From an uncultured virus (IMG/VR IMGVR_UViG_3300038520_001826) (lineage: Duplodnaviria; Heunggongvirae; Uroviricota; Caudoviricetes): a stretch of DNA of 64,000 bases. Under the pieces are notes generated by a model that worked only from the letters and a program-made list of their open reading frames with translations, made no database searches and was not told where the DNA came from. The stretch lies in IMG/VR virus record IMGVR_UViG_3300038520_001826, one strand, 5' to 3'. Position 1 is the first letter of the stretch. Every line of letters starts with the position of its first letter. Positions 18,169-26,474 of this stretch are shown one piece after another. Both the position numbers and the translations under genes were made by a program.

Positions 18169-20540
18169 CAGCAGAAGAACAACTCAATAAAATTAAGCAA
18201 CTTCCAAACTTAGATGAATTGCGAGAAGAATACGAAGAAGAGGAAGATAAAAACGAATTCATCTTAGTCGAATTTGGTGACTACATAGATGACGCAGGTA
18301 GCGTCGCATCAAGAAAGAAGTTAATTGGAATGATTAACGACCTTATGCGAGAAGGTAGAAGCGGAGTCCAAGAAACTTTTGAAACTAAATCTGTTTTGGA
18401 TGAAATTAACTTTACAGGTATGCAATACAAAGGAGAAGATATTGCAGAAAAGGGAGGAAAACTCAAGGAACAGTTTGTGAGTTTGTTATCTAATACAATT
18501 ATTGATGTAAATAAAATTACAGTCAAGGACTTGAACCCTAGAATTAAACAAAATAAAGAAGCATATAACAATGCTAAACTTCAAGTAGAACAAGTAAAGG
18601 TTGTTAAGGAAAGCAATCTATTAAAGAACTTTATTAACATTTATGATGATTTACTAGATAGACAACAGTACAATCTAGGAAAAAGAGAACTAGATTTAGA
18701 CTTTGATTTATCCGATTTCTTTAGTGCTTCTACTCTAAGGCAACTATCACAAAGGAACAATGTGTATAAGTATTGGAAAGGAATACATGAGAAGATTGAA
18801 GAATTAAAGAAGGAACTTAAAAAAACAGATTTAGTAAAAGATGAAGTAATTGATAACATCAACTATATACATGATTTTAAGAAAGTAAAATTCAACGTTG
18901 ATGCTTTAGAATATAGAGCATACGACTTTGTTAAGTCATATATTGGTCTTGTCTTTGGTTCAGACATTATTGATTTAGATGAAGTTGATGGCGAATATTA
19001 TTTTGCTCAAAGAGGAACAAAAACAGAAGATGGAGATAAGGCTCAAAGTGCAGAAATTGATTCTACTAAAGTTCTATCGACTGAATTGAAGAGAGCGCTA
19101 CAAACTACAAAGGAAATGGATGTTTTAGGGTATTTACATATTGTAACTAACTTATCAGATGGTTCCTATGCTCTTTCATCTGATGAACTCAAGTTACTTA
19201 AAACAAAGATTAAAGACTTATTTAATTCTTATGTCGTTCAATTTGATGATGAGTTTGTAGAGTCAATGAATGATGGACTCAAGAACTTGTTAGATTCGTT
19301 TAAGATTGTAAATACTGCTAGAACTTATCATTACCTTCCAATATACTTTGCATCAAATAAAGAAAGTATGATTCGTTATAAGAATTTACAAATAGGTAAG
19401 GTGACTAAAATTGGGCCTAGACGAGCCACTGAAGAAGCATATACTGGTATTAGTAAATTATTTAACGAAAAAGAAATTACCAACGCAATTAATGAAATGA
19501 TAAAAGCAATTAGTGAAGCAGTTGTTGAAGAAAAGGGAGCAACTCCAATTAATATTAGAGAAGAAGGAAAGGGTGTAGGTAGCGGAGGCCGTGATGCTGA
19601 TAAAGAAGTTTCATTCTATACTGCATCTGTTAGGGGAAAACTAGCAAGATACAAAGATATTGATAAAGAAATGGAAAAGATTTTAAAACTCATTGATGAT
19701 TGTTATATTAGACCATTTAACAGTAGATTTGGGAAGGGAATTACATTAGGGTATGATGAAACGCTATTAGGAGATTTAACTAACAGACCCGATTCTCCTT
19801 TTGCTATTAAAAGACAACTTAATGAAAATTATGTCAAAGAAGGATTAGATTTTATTAATTTAGATGAACTTAATGACATTAAAGAATTTATGATTCTAAA
19901 CAAGCAAATAGAAAGCAAAACTAAGAAGATTGACTTAGACGCACTTAAGAGAGTCTTCTTAGAAATGGCAGATGAAATGGATGACATTATTGATACTTCT
20001 GAAGCAAAGGATTTAGGATTTACAGAAATGATTATTAAAGATATTGCTTCTCTATTCTATCACATAACAAAGGAAGACACTAGTTTTGAAGGGATTAGTT
20101 CAAAGGCTGCATTTGATGAAAGAGGAGCAACAACCTATGATGATTCACACGCATTTAAACAAGTAGTTTATTTCTTAATAGAAAGAATAGACGAGTTTAA
20201 TGCATCGAATATGTCAAGTGAAGCAAAGGTTGTAAAGGACATTAAGAAATTACAAGATTGGTTTGGAGGCATTAAAAAATCTGAAGAAGAAATGCTATTA
20301 CAAGCGCATGACCACATTAGAGTCCTTAAAGGACAAGAAATACATTTTGATGTGTTAGATTACAATGATATTGATGACATGGAATATTTCATTACAAAGA
20401 TGAATAAAGAAAGAAATATTGACTTAAGTTCTATGGAAGTATATAACATTGTAAAAGAATTAGATTCTTTCCAAAATATTTCTAATGAGTATGGTATTAG
20501 CACAGAAGATGTTTATTTAATCAAGGCTAACTTTAGGTGA
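18165..20540 (+). CDS. large acidic protein, putative internal virion protein
   Basis: 791-aa ORF; possible C-terminal HTH (ISNEYGISTEDVYLIK). Confidence 0.8.
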   Translation: MTAEEQLNKIKQLPNLDELREEYEEEEDKNEFILVEFGDYIDDAGSVASRKKLIGMINDLMREGRSGVQETFETKSVLDEINFTGMQYKGEDIAEKGGKLKEQFVSLLSNTIIDVNKITVKDLNPRIKQNKEAYNNAKLQVEQVKVVKESNLLKNFINIYDDLLDRQQYNLGKRELDLDFDLSDFFSASTLRQLSQRNNVYKYWKGIHEKIEELKKELKKTDLVKDEVIDNINYIHDFKKVKFNVDALEYRAYDFVKSYIGLVFGSDIIDLDEVDGEYYFAQRGTKTEDGDKAQSAEIDSTKVLSTELKRALQTTKEMDVLGYLHIVTNLSDGSYALSSDELKLLKTKIKDLFNSYVVQFDDEFVESMNDGLKNLLDSFKIVNTARTYHYLPIYFASNKESMIRYKNLQIGKVTKIGPRRATEEAYTGISKLFNEKEITNAINEMIKAISEAVVEEKGATPINIREEGKGVGSGGRDADKEVSFYTASVRGKLARYKDIDKEMEKILKLIDDCYIRPFNSRFGKGITLGYDETLLGDLTNRPDSPFAIKRQLNENYVKEGLDFINLDELNDIKEFMILNKQIESKTKKIDLDALKRVFLEMADEMDDIIDTSEAKDLGFTEMIIKDIASLFYHITKEDTSFEGISSKAAFDERGATTYDDSHAFKQVVYFLIERIDEFNASNMSSEAKVVKDIKKLQDWFGGIKKSEEEMLLQAHDHIRVLKGQEIHFDVLDYNDIDDMEYFITKMNKERNIDLSSMEVYNIVKELDSFQNISNEYGISTEDVYLIKANFR

Positions 20541-20544
20541 TTAT

Positions 20545-21135
20545 TTGAAATGGTGGAACATTATTAAATTTCATCCTGACCTTAGAAGGTTGGCGGGTGA
20601 TGAAAAAATCAAAGTTGTTCAACTTGGTGATGAAAATTCTATGAAAGAACTTTGGGATGCAAGCAACCCTGATATGCCACACACGCTTCGTTCTAAAAAT
20701 AAATGGCTTTATCCCATAGATAATTGGTATGGAACAATTGTAAATTATGATGAAAATAAAAAACAATATCCTAATGGTAAAAGACGTTTAGTATCTGTAA
20801 TAGGTCATTCCATTAGAAAAGGAAAGAAAGGAAAAGAGTTTGCCTTTGTAGGAGGAACTAAAACTAATCCTTTCTATAGAAGACAAGGTTTGATGAGTGG
20901 AGCAAGAGATAAAAATATTCAAGCGATAGGGGCAAGACCTAAAATTGCTGGATACACTAGCATGGGAAGAAGTTCTTTTTCCGAAGAAAAAAAACCAACT
21001 TCACATGAAATTATACCTGATGAGGTTATAGAATTTATGAAAGAAAGAATAAATAATTTGCCTAATGTTGTAGATTGGGGAATTATTGAATATGACGCTG
21101 CCAATAAAAGCGAAATATGGGAATATATAGAATGA
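20545..21135 (+). CDS. W-tagged GNAT-like acetyltransferase (TTG start, MKWWNIIK)
   Basis: TNPFYRRQGLMS resembles GNAT acetyl-CoA-binding motif A. Confidence 0.6.
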   Translation: MKWWNIIKFHPDLRRLAGDEKIKVVQLGDENSMKELWDASNPDMPHTLRSKNKWLYPIDNWYGTIVNYDENKKQYPNGKRRLVSVIGHSIRKGKKGKEFAFVGGTKTNPFYRRQGLMSGARDKNIQAIGARPKIAGYTSMGRSSFSEEKKPTSHEIIPDEVIEFMKERINNLPNVVDWGIIEYDAANKSEIWEYIE

Positions 21136-21144
21136 GGTGATTAA

Positions 21145-22569
21145 ATGGAAGAGTTTAACTTAGAACATCAAATGGATATGGAGTTATCAAAGAACTCCTT
21201 TCCATATTTTTTTCAACACGTTCTAGGTTTCGACTTTCCAACATACATACAAGAATGGCACGACTTAATGAATGACACACAAAGAACTGTCATTATTTGT
21301 AGTCGTGACCACGGAAAATCGGTATTTATGCACAGTTGGGTTGTTTGGAATTTAATATTTCAACCTCCACCTTATCAGATGCTTTACATTTCATCGAACC
21401 AAAAACAGACAATGGTTCACATGAGAGACATTGATAAAATGTTTCAACATCCACTTCTTAAAAAGTTTAAACCTGCAAGAGGTTGGGCTATTGGAAACAT
21501 TACATTAACGAATGGTAATCAAATCCTTGAGCGTTCTGTTGGTTCACAGATTCGTGGGTTACACCCTCAAGAAATTATTATTGACGACCCTTTGAAAGAG
21601 TTTAGCATAAGCGGTATTCAAAAGGTAACTGATTGGTTTTATGGGGATATGATTCCTACACTTCACCACACTGCATCTTTAAGAGTTATTGGAACTCCAT
21701 TTAGTTATACAGATATTTACAAACAATTAGAAGAAAATGCGGCATATACTGTTAGAACGTATCCTTGTCTCAATGCACTTAATGAACCCTTATGGCCTGA
21801 ACGTTGGGATTATGATGCTTTAATGTCAAGAAAGGCTGAAATTGGTTCACTTAAATTTACAAGAGAATATATGTGTGTGCCTATTTCAACAGGAACATCT
21901 TTATTCAATCCTGAATATTTACAACTGGCTAAGAATAAAGACTTAATCTTAAAACCAAGTAGAAGAGAAGGATATAAATATTTTGTCGGAGTGGACCCTG
22001 CTATCTCTACTGATGGTGACTATAACGTAATTACTGTTCTTGAAGTAGATAGTGAAGATAATAAAAATATTGTTTATATTGACCGTTCTAAAAACGTAGA
22101 GTTTAGGGAGAATATTAACAAGGTCAAACTAATTGGAAAAATATTCAATCCAGAAGTAATACTATTTGAAACAAATACATTCGCAAAGTCATTTACTCAA
22201 GAACTTCGCAACGTCGCAGATTTAAATGTCCATGATTTTAATACTACTCGTAAGAGAAAAGAAGAAGTTATTCTAAATCTACAAATGACTTTAGAGAATC
22301 AGAAAATGAACTTTCCTTATGGTAATGAAGAAAGTCGAAGAGTTACATCAGCATTGGTTGAAGAACTATCAATGTTCGCAATTACAGAACGTGGGAGATT
22401 TGAAGGGATTGGGGCGCATGATGACATGGTGATGAGTTTGGCCCTAGCAAATGCCGCCACCTTTCAAATCACGGATAACTTCATACTCTTGGATGACATG
22501 GAGATATTCGGGAGTTCAAATCGTTCTAACAATCGAGTTAAAATGCCATTTTTAGGCTTGAATTTTTAA
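21145..22569 (+). CDS. terL: terminase large subunit
   Basis: SRDHGKS Walker A, IIIDD Walker B, VIGTP, VGVDPA and HDDMVMSLALA nuclease motifs. Confidence 0.95.
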   Translation: MEEFNLEHQMDMELSKNSFPYFFQHVLGFDFPTYIQEWHDLMNDTQRTVIICSRDHGKSVFMHSWVVWNLIFQPPPYQMLYISSNQKQTMVHMRDIDKMFQHPLLKKFKPARGWAIGNITLTNGNQILERSVGSQIRGLHPQEIIIDDPLKEFSISGIQKVTDWFYGDMIPTLHHTASLRVIGTPFSYTDIYKQLEENAAYTVRTYPCLNALNEPLWPERWDYDALMSRKAEIGSLKFTREYMCVPISTGTSLFNPEYLQLAKNKDLILKPSRREGYKYFVGVDPAISTDGDYNVITVLEVDSEDNKNIVYIDRSKNVEFRENINKVKLIGKIFNPEVILFETNTFAKSFTQELRNVADLNVHDFNTTRKRKEEVILNLQMTLENQKMNFPYGNEESRRVTSALVEELSMFAITERGRFEGIGAHDDMVMSLALANAATFQITDNFILLDDMEIFGSSNRSNNRVKMPFLGLNF

Positions 22570-22579
22570 AGGTGATAAT

Positions 22580-23950
22580 ATGGATTTAAGTGAATTAACT
22601 CCTGAAGAGATTGATGAGGTTGCTGATAATGCAACTGAACAGGCTCGCCTCAAAAGATTATCTCAACAGGCTAAAGAAGAAATGCAAACTTTAACCAATA
22701 AATCTTTTTTGGTTGGTGGTCGAGTCCTTTCAGAATTAGAAGAGATTCACAAAATTTCAACGCATATGAATATCAATGCAACAGAAGCGAGAAAACAATT
22801 AACCTTTCCACAAGAATACAACATTGATGGTCAAACTATTCCTGACCTTGTTAGAAAGATGCGTAAAGCAAGAAGACAATTAAAGGGAGATATGAGAGAT
22901 AAAATGAATAAAAGTATTGACTCTCTCATTGATGGGTATTCTGATTATCTAAACAAGTGCATTGATTCTATGCATTGGATAAGTCCTTACTCCATCCCAC
23001 TTAAGAAAATGTCTATTACAGAAAAAGATTTATTCAAACTTAACAAAATGAAAGATACTACATCAAGAAGAGAAGTAGTAGATGTTTTGTGTAAGTATTG
23101 GGAACTTGATTTAGACCAAAAAGACATGGCTTTTTGTAGAGATTATGCTAAAATTTCAAAGGAGATGAAAGAAGTTAAGAAAGAATACAGGGCCATTCTT
23201 TCTAAGATTAATTCTCAGCAATTGAAAAAGTCTAAGAAAGAACAGGCTAAAGAATTTATTCTTAAACAAATTGTCAATAATCCTGGAATTGGTGCAAAAA
23301 GAATACATGAAAATATGCCCAGTCCATTATACAAATACAGCAATAGTAATATGATTTCTAAAATGGTTAGAAGCATGAATGTTGCTAATTACGAAGGTGC
23401 TTATTACAAAGTTCCATCAATGATGAAGAAAAATATTTGGGCTTATACTGCTGCATTTATTGATTCAGATGGTTATATTACATTAGACCGTAACATGAAT
23501 CCTAGAGTTGGATTAGTTGCAACAGGAGAAAGAGGAAAGGCTTTCATGCAAGAAATGCATAAATCTATTGGATTTGGCAGAATGCATCTTGACCAGAAAT
23601 CACCACAAGATACTCGTTTAATTAACAGATTAAATTTCTATTCACAAGATGACGTTACTGACCTTTTAACAAAGTGCTTGCCTCATTTTAGATTAAAGAA
23701 AGGTAATGCTAAATTATTACTTGAACTTATTCGCATGAAGAAGTCTTACAAGAAAGCCGATTGGTATAAAGACCGTTGCGATGAAATCTTTAAATTAATG
23801 AAGTGGGAAAACCATAAAGACCATGTTGGGTTTGACTGGGCTAAAGAGAATATTTACTTAGATGATATTGCAAAGTTACAAGGTAATTGTAAAATGAGCC
23901 TTATGGATGAATTGGAGAATGTTGGTGGTATTGTTCTTAAGGAGGAATAA
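22580..23950 (+). CDS. LAGLIDADG-domain protein with long N-terminal helical extension
   Basis: WAYTAAFIDSDGYI motif, then GFGRMH and LPHFRLKK typical of the LAGLIDADG fold. Confidence 0.85.
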   Translation: MDLSELTPEEIDEVADNATEQARLKRLSQQAKEEMQTLTNKSFLVGGRVLSELEEIHKISTHMNINATEARKQLTFPQEYNIDGQTIPDLVRKMRKARRQLKGDMRDKMNKSIDSLIDGYSDYLNKCIDSMHWISPYSIPLKKMSITEKDLFKLNKMKDTTSRREVVDVLCKYWELDLDQKDMAFCRDYAKISKEMKEVKKEYRAILSKINSQQLKKSKKEQAKEFILKQIVNNPGIGAKRIHENMPSPLYKYSNSNMISKMVRSMNVANYEGAYYKVPSMMKKNIWAYTAAFIDSDGYITLDRNMNPRVGLVATGERGKAFMQEMHKSIGFGRMHLDQKSPQDTRLINRLNFYSQDDVTDLLTKCLPHFRLKKGNAKLLLELIRMKKSYKKADWYKDRCDEIFKLMKWENHKDHVGFDWAKENIYLDDIAKLQGNCKMSLMDELENVGGIVLKEE

Positions 23951-23952
23951 TT

Positions 23953-24075
23953 GTGGGCTTAGGAAATCATAATTTTATGTATTGTGGTATTTGCTACAAA
24001 GACGGAGATAAACCATTCGGATTCTGTAACTTATGTTGGATTGCTCATGGAAGACCAAAGGGGATGAAAGAATGA
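23953..24075 (+). CDS. small Zn-finger peptide, not in ORF track
   Basis: GGAGG RBS with GTG start; CGIC...CNLC; ATGA overlap with next gene. Confidence 0.55.
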   Translation: MGLGNHNFMYCGICYKDGDKPFGFCNLCWIAHGRPKGMKE

Positions 24076-24404
24076 ATTGGCAAACTATTCTTAAAAAGAA
24101 GAAAAGACACCCTGCATTAGTGAGAGCAGGGGTCAGTGGTTTTAGTAAGCCTAAAAGAATCAAACACAAAACTAAATCTCACATAGTTGTCGTAAAAGAT
24201 GGAGATAAAGTTAAAACAATCAGATTTGGCCAAAAAGGTGTAAAAACAAATCAAACTGCTGGACAGCGAAAAGCATTTAAGTCTAGACACGCTAAGAATA
24301 TTAAACGTGGAAAAATGTCTGCGGCTTATTGGGCAAATAAGGTTAAATGGAGCCCAAGTAAGACTAAAGAAAAAAAGAATAAAAGTTGGAGAAAGGGGTC
24401 ATAA
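24072..24404 (+). CDS. W-tagged highly basic protein (MNWQTILK)
   Basis: Tag; K/R-rich; IRFGQKG...FKSRH...SAAYWA. Confidence 0.8.
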   Translation: MNWQTILKKKKRHPALVRAGVSGFSKPKRIKHKTKSHIVVVKDGDKVKTIRFGQKGVKTNQTAGQRKAFKSRHAKNIKRGKMSAAYWANKVKWSPSKTKEKKNKSWRKGS

Positions 24405-24406
24405 TT

Positions 24407-24526
24407 ATGAAGTGGTGGAATTTTCTCAAAAAATTAACGAAAACCTGTCCTGTTTGTGGACATGAAAATAAAAAAGACGCTAAAAGATGTGCCAATTGCG
24501 GTGCAGATATTTCAGATGTGAAGTGA
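24407..24526 (+). CDS. W-tagged Zn-ribbon peptide (MKWWNFLK), not in ORF track
   Basis: MKWWNFLKKLTKTCPVCGHENKKDAKRCANCGADISDVK. Confidence 0.7.
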   Translation: MKWWNFLKKLTKTCPVCGHENKKDAKRCANCGADISDVK

Positions 24527-24530
24527 TATT

Positions 24531-24740
24531 ATGAAGTGGGAAGAAGTATTAAAAAAGAAAAAGAAAAGAAAATCTACTGTTAATCAATCAGGTAATTATA
24601 CTAAACCTGCACTTCGTAGAAGAATATTCAATAGAATCAAAAGAGGAGATAAAGGCGGAAAAAAGGGCGAATGGTCTGCTAGAAAAGCACAAATGGTTGC
24701 CGCAGCGTATAAACGGGCAGGTGGTGGCTATCGCAATTGA
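24531..24740 (+). CDS. W-tagged highly basic protein (MKWEEVLK)
   Basis: Tag; YTKPALR...WSARKAQ...YKRAGGGY. Confidence 0.8.
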   Translation: MKWEEVLKKKKKRKSTVNQSGNYTKPALRRRIFNRIKRGDKGGKKGEWSARKAQMVAAAYKRAGGGYRN

Positions 24741-25005
24741 GTGGTGGAATATTCTCAAAGCCAAAACAAAAAGGCAAAGAGATTTATCTACTTGGACTGA
24801 TGAAGATTGGGGAAGTGCTGAACAACATAGAGCCAAAGATAAAGGCAAGAAACCTAAATCAAAAACTAAAGGAAGATATATGCCAAGAGCAACCTATAAG
24901 AGAACCGATAAGAAAACTCTTCGCTATCAGGATGCTAAAAAGAGAAAAGGCAGAAAAAAAGGAAAACAACACGTTCCAACAGGAAAGAAGTTTAGTCAAA
25001 AGTGA
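24736..25005 (+). CDS. W-tagged basic protein, probable ATT start (MEWWNILK)
   Basis: GGTGG RBS 8 nt before ATT overlapping the previous stop; tag in register. Confidence 0.65.
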   Translation: MEWWNILKAKTKRQRDLSTWTDEDWGSAEQHRAKDKGKKPKSKTKGRYMPRATYKRTDKKTLRYQDAKKRKGRKKGKQHVPTGKKFSQK

Positions 25006-25010
25006 TTCTT

Positions 25011-25484
25011 ATGCCCATTAGAAAAGTAAAAGGCGGCTACAAATGGGGTAGCAAAGGTAAAGTCTACAAAAATCGTAAAGATGCTGAAAGACAAGCCGCA
25101 GCCGCTTATGCTTCGGGATATGTAAAGAAAGGATGGAAAGAAGTTCTAAAGACCGACCCAAAGAAAGGAACAGGCAAAAAACCCAAAGGTTCTGCTAGAA
25201 GATTATACACAGATGAAAACCCGAAAGATACTGTTCCAGTTAAATTCAAAACTGCAAAGGATGTAAGAGAAACATTTTCGAGTTCATCGTTCAAATCAAA
25301 ACCACATAAAAGACAATCACAAATAATTAACTTAGTTGAACAAAGAGCAAGAGTGGCGGCTAAAAGAGCAAAAGACCCTGAAACAAAGAAGAGATTAAAT
25401 GCAGCACATAAAGTAGCCGAAAGAGCAAAAGAAAAAAGCAAAAGAAAAACAGAAAGTAGAAAAAGAAGCGCTTTTACAAGGTGA
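25011..25484 (+). CDS. basic protein with internal WKEVLK tag (apparent fusion of two units)
   Basis: MPIRKVKGGYKWG unit, then GWKEVLK, then TDPKKGTGKKPKGS unit. Confidence 0.75.
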   Translation: MPIRKVKGGYKWGSKGKVYKNRKDAERQAAAAYASGYVKKGWKEVLKTDPKKGTGKKPKGSARRLYTDENPKDTVPVKFKTAKDVRETFSSSSFKSKPHKRQSQIINLVEQRARVAAKRAKDPETKKRLNAAHKVAERAKEKSKRKTESRKRSAFTR

Positions 25485-25489
25485 TTAAA

Positions 25490-26032
25490 ATGAAATGGAA
25501 AGAAGTATTAAAAGCCCATTGTGGCACAGCACAGAAAACAGATGAAAAGATGCTCTATGGTGGGCAAAAGAAGTTAGATAAAGACAAGGATGGTAGAATC
25601 ACAGGAAAGGATTTTGCTATGCTTAGAAGAGAGAAAAAAAGAAATGTATTAAAGGCTGATATTGCAGGATTAAAAAGGTCATATCCTTCTTTGAAAGGAT
25701 TACCCGACGATGCAATAAGAGAGTTCGATAGAAGGCTTAGTCCTCATATGAGCGCAAGTCGCTTAATAGCGGAATTGAGACAAAAATTTGGGGTAACACG
25801 GAGAATGCCAACTGGTAGGTTTGCTAAAGAAGATATTGAAGAAGAAATTCTTGAAGAAGTAGAAGATGAGGGCGGTGCTTTAGGAATGAAAAACCTAAAA
25901 GATATTGCTGACAAAAAGAAACTTAAAGAAACTCTTTCTTCTATGGAAGATAGAAAGATTATTTTTGAACATGAAGATGGTGACTTCTATACTCACAAGC
26001 CAAAAAGAGAACAGAAAAAGAAAGGTGATTAA
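25490..26032 (+). CDS. W-tagged protein with EF-hand-like loop (MKWKEVLK)
   Basis: Tag; DKDKDGRITGKD. Confidence 0.75.
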   Translation: MKWKEVLKAHCGTAQKTDEKMLYGGQKKLDKDKDGRITGKDFAMLRREKKRNVLKADIAGLKRSYPSLKGLPDDAIREFDRRLSPHMSASRLIAELRQKFGVTRRMPTGRFAKEDIEEEILEEVEDEGGALGMKNLKDIADKKKLKETLSSMEDRKIIFEHEDGDFYTHKPKREQKKKGD

Positions 26033-26434
26033 ATGGATTGGCAAATAATTTTAAAGGAATTGCTTTGCCCTTTGGCAACAAAAAGCGTCTACATAAATAC
26101 TAAAAATAGAGACGAAGCAATAAAAAATAAAAACGTTAAATATGGGCCACTAAATGTAGATGAACCTGCTGATTATTGGGAAAAGATAGCAGAACATTGG
26201 AATACAACAGAAGAGGCGGCTAAAAAATCTAGATGCTCAAATTGTGTTGCTTTCGATATTAGTCCTAGAATGAAAAAATGTATGCCATTAGAGGGCGAAT
26301 TGGGATATTGTTGGATGCATGACTTCAAATGCCATAAAGATAGAAGTTGCTATACTTGGGCAAAAGGTGGCCCAATTGTCCAAGACGAAGTATCTAAAAA
26401 GAATCAAATGAGGAAAGAAGGCAAAAAGGCTTAA
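26033..26434 (+). CDS. W-tagged Cys-rich protein (MDWQIILK)
   Basis: Tag; CSNC...GYC...C...C possible metal cluster. Confidence 0.75.
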   Translation: MDWQIILKELLCPLATKSVYINTKNRDEAIKNKNVKYGPLNVDEPADYWEKIAEHWNTTEEAAKKSRCSNCVAFDISPRMKKCMPLEGELGYCWMHDFKCHKDRSCYTWAKGGPIVQDEVSKKNQMRKEGKKA

Positions 26435-26474
26435 TAAGGGTATCTATTATAGCCGAGTATAGGGGGCGTAGCAT

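Noticed and set aside
21145..23950. Intein or intron splitting the terminase
   Set aside because: TerL has complete ATPase and nuclease motifs and its own stop; the LAGLIDADG ORF has no splice-junction residues
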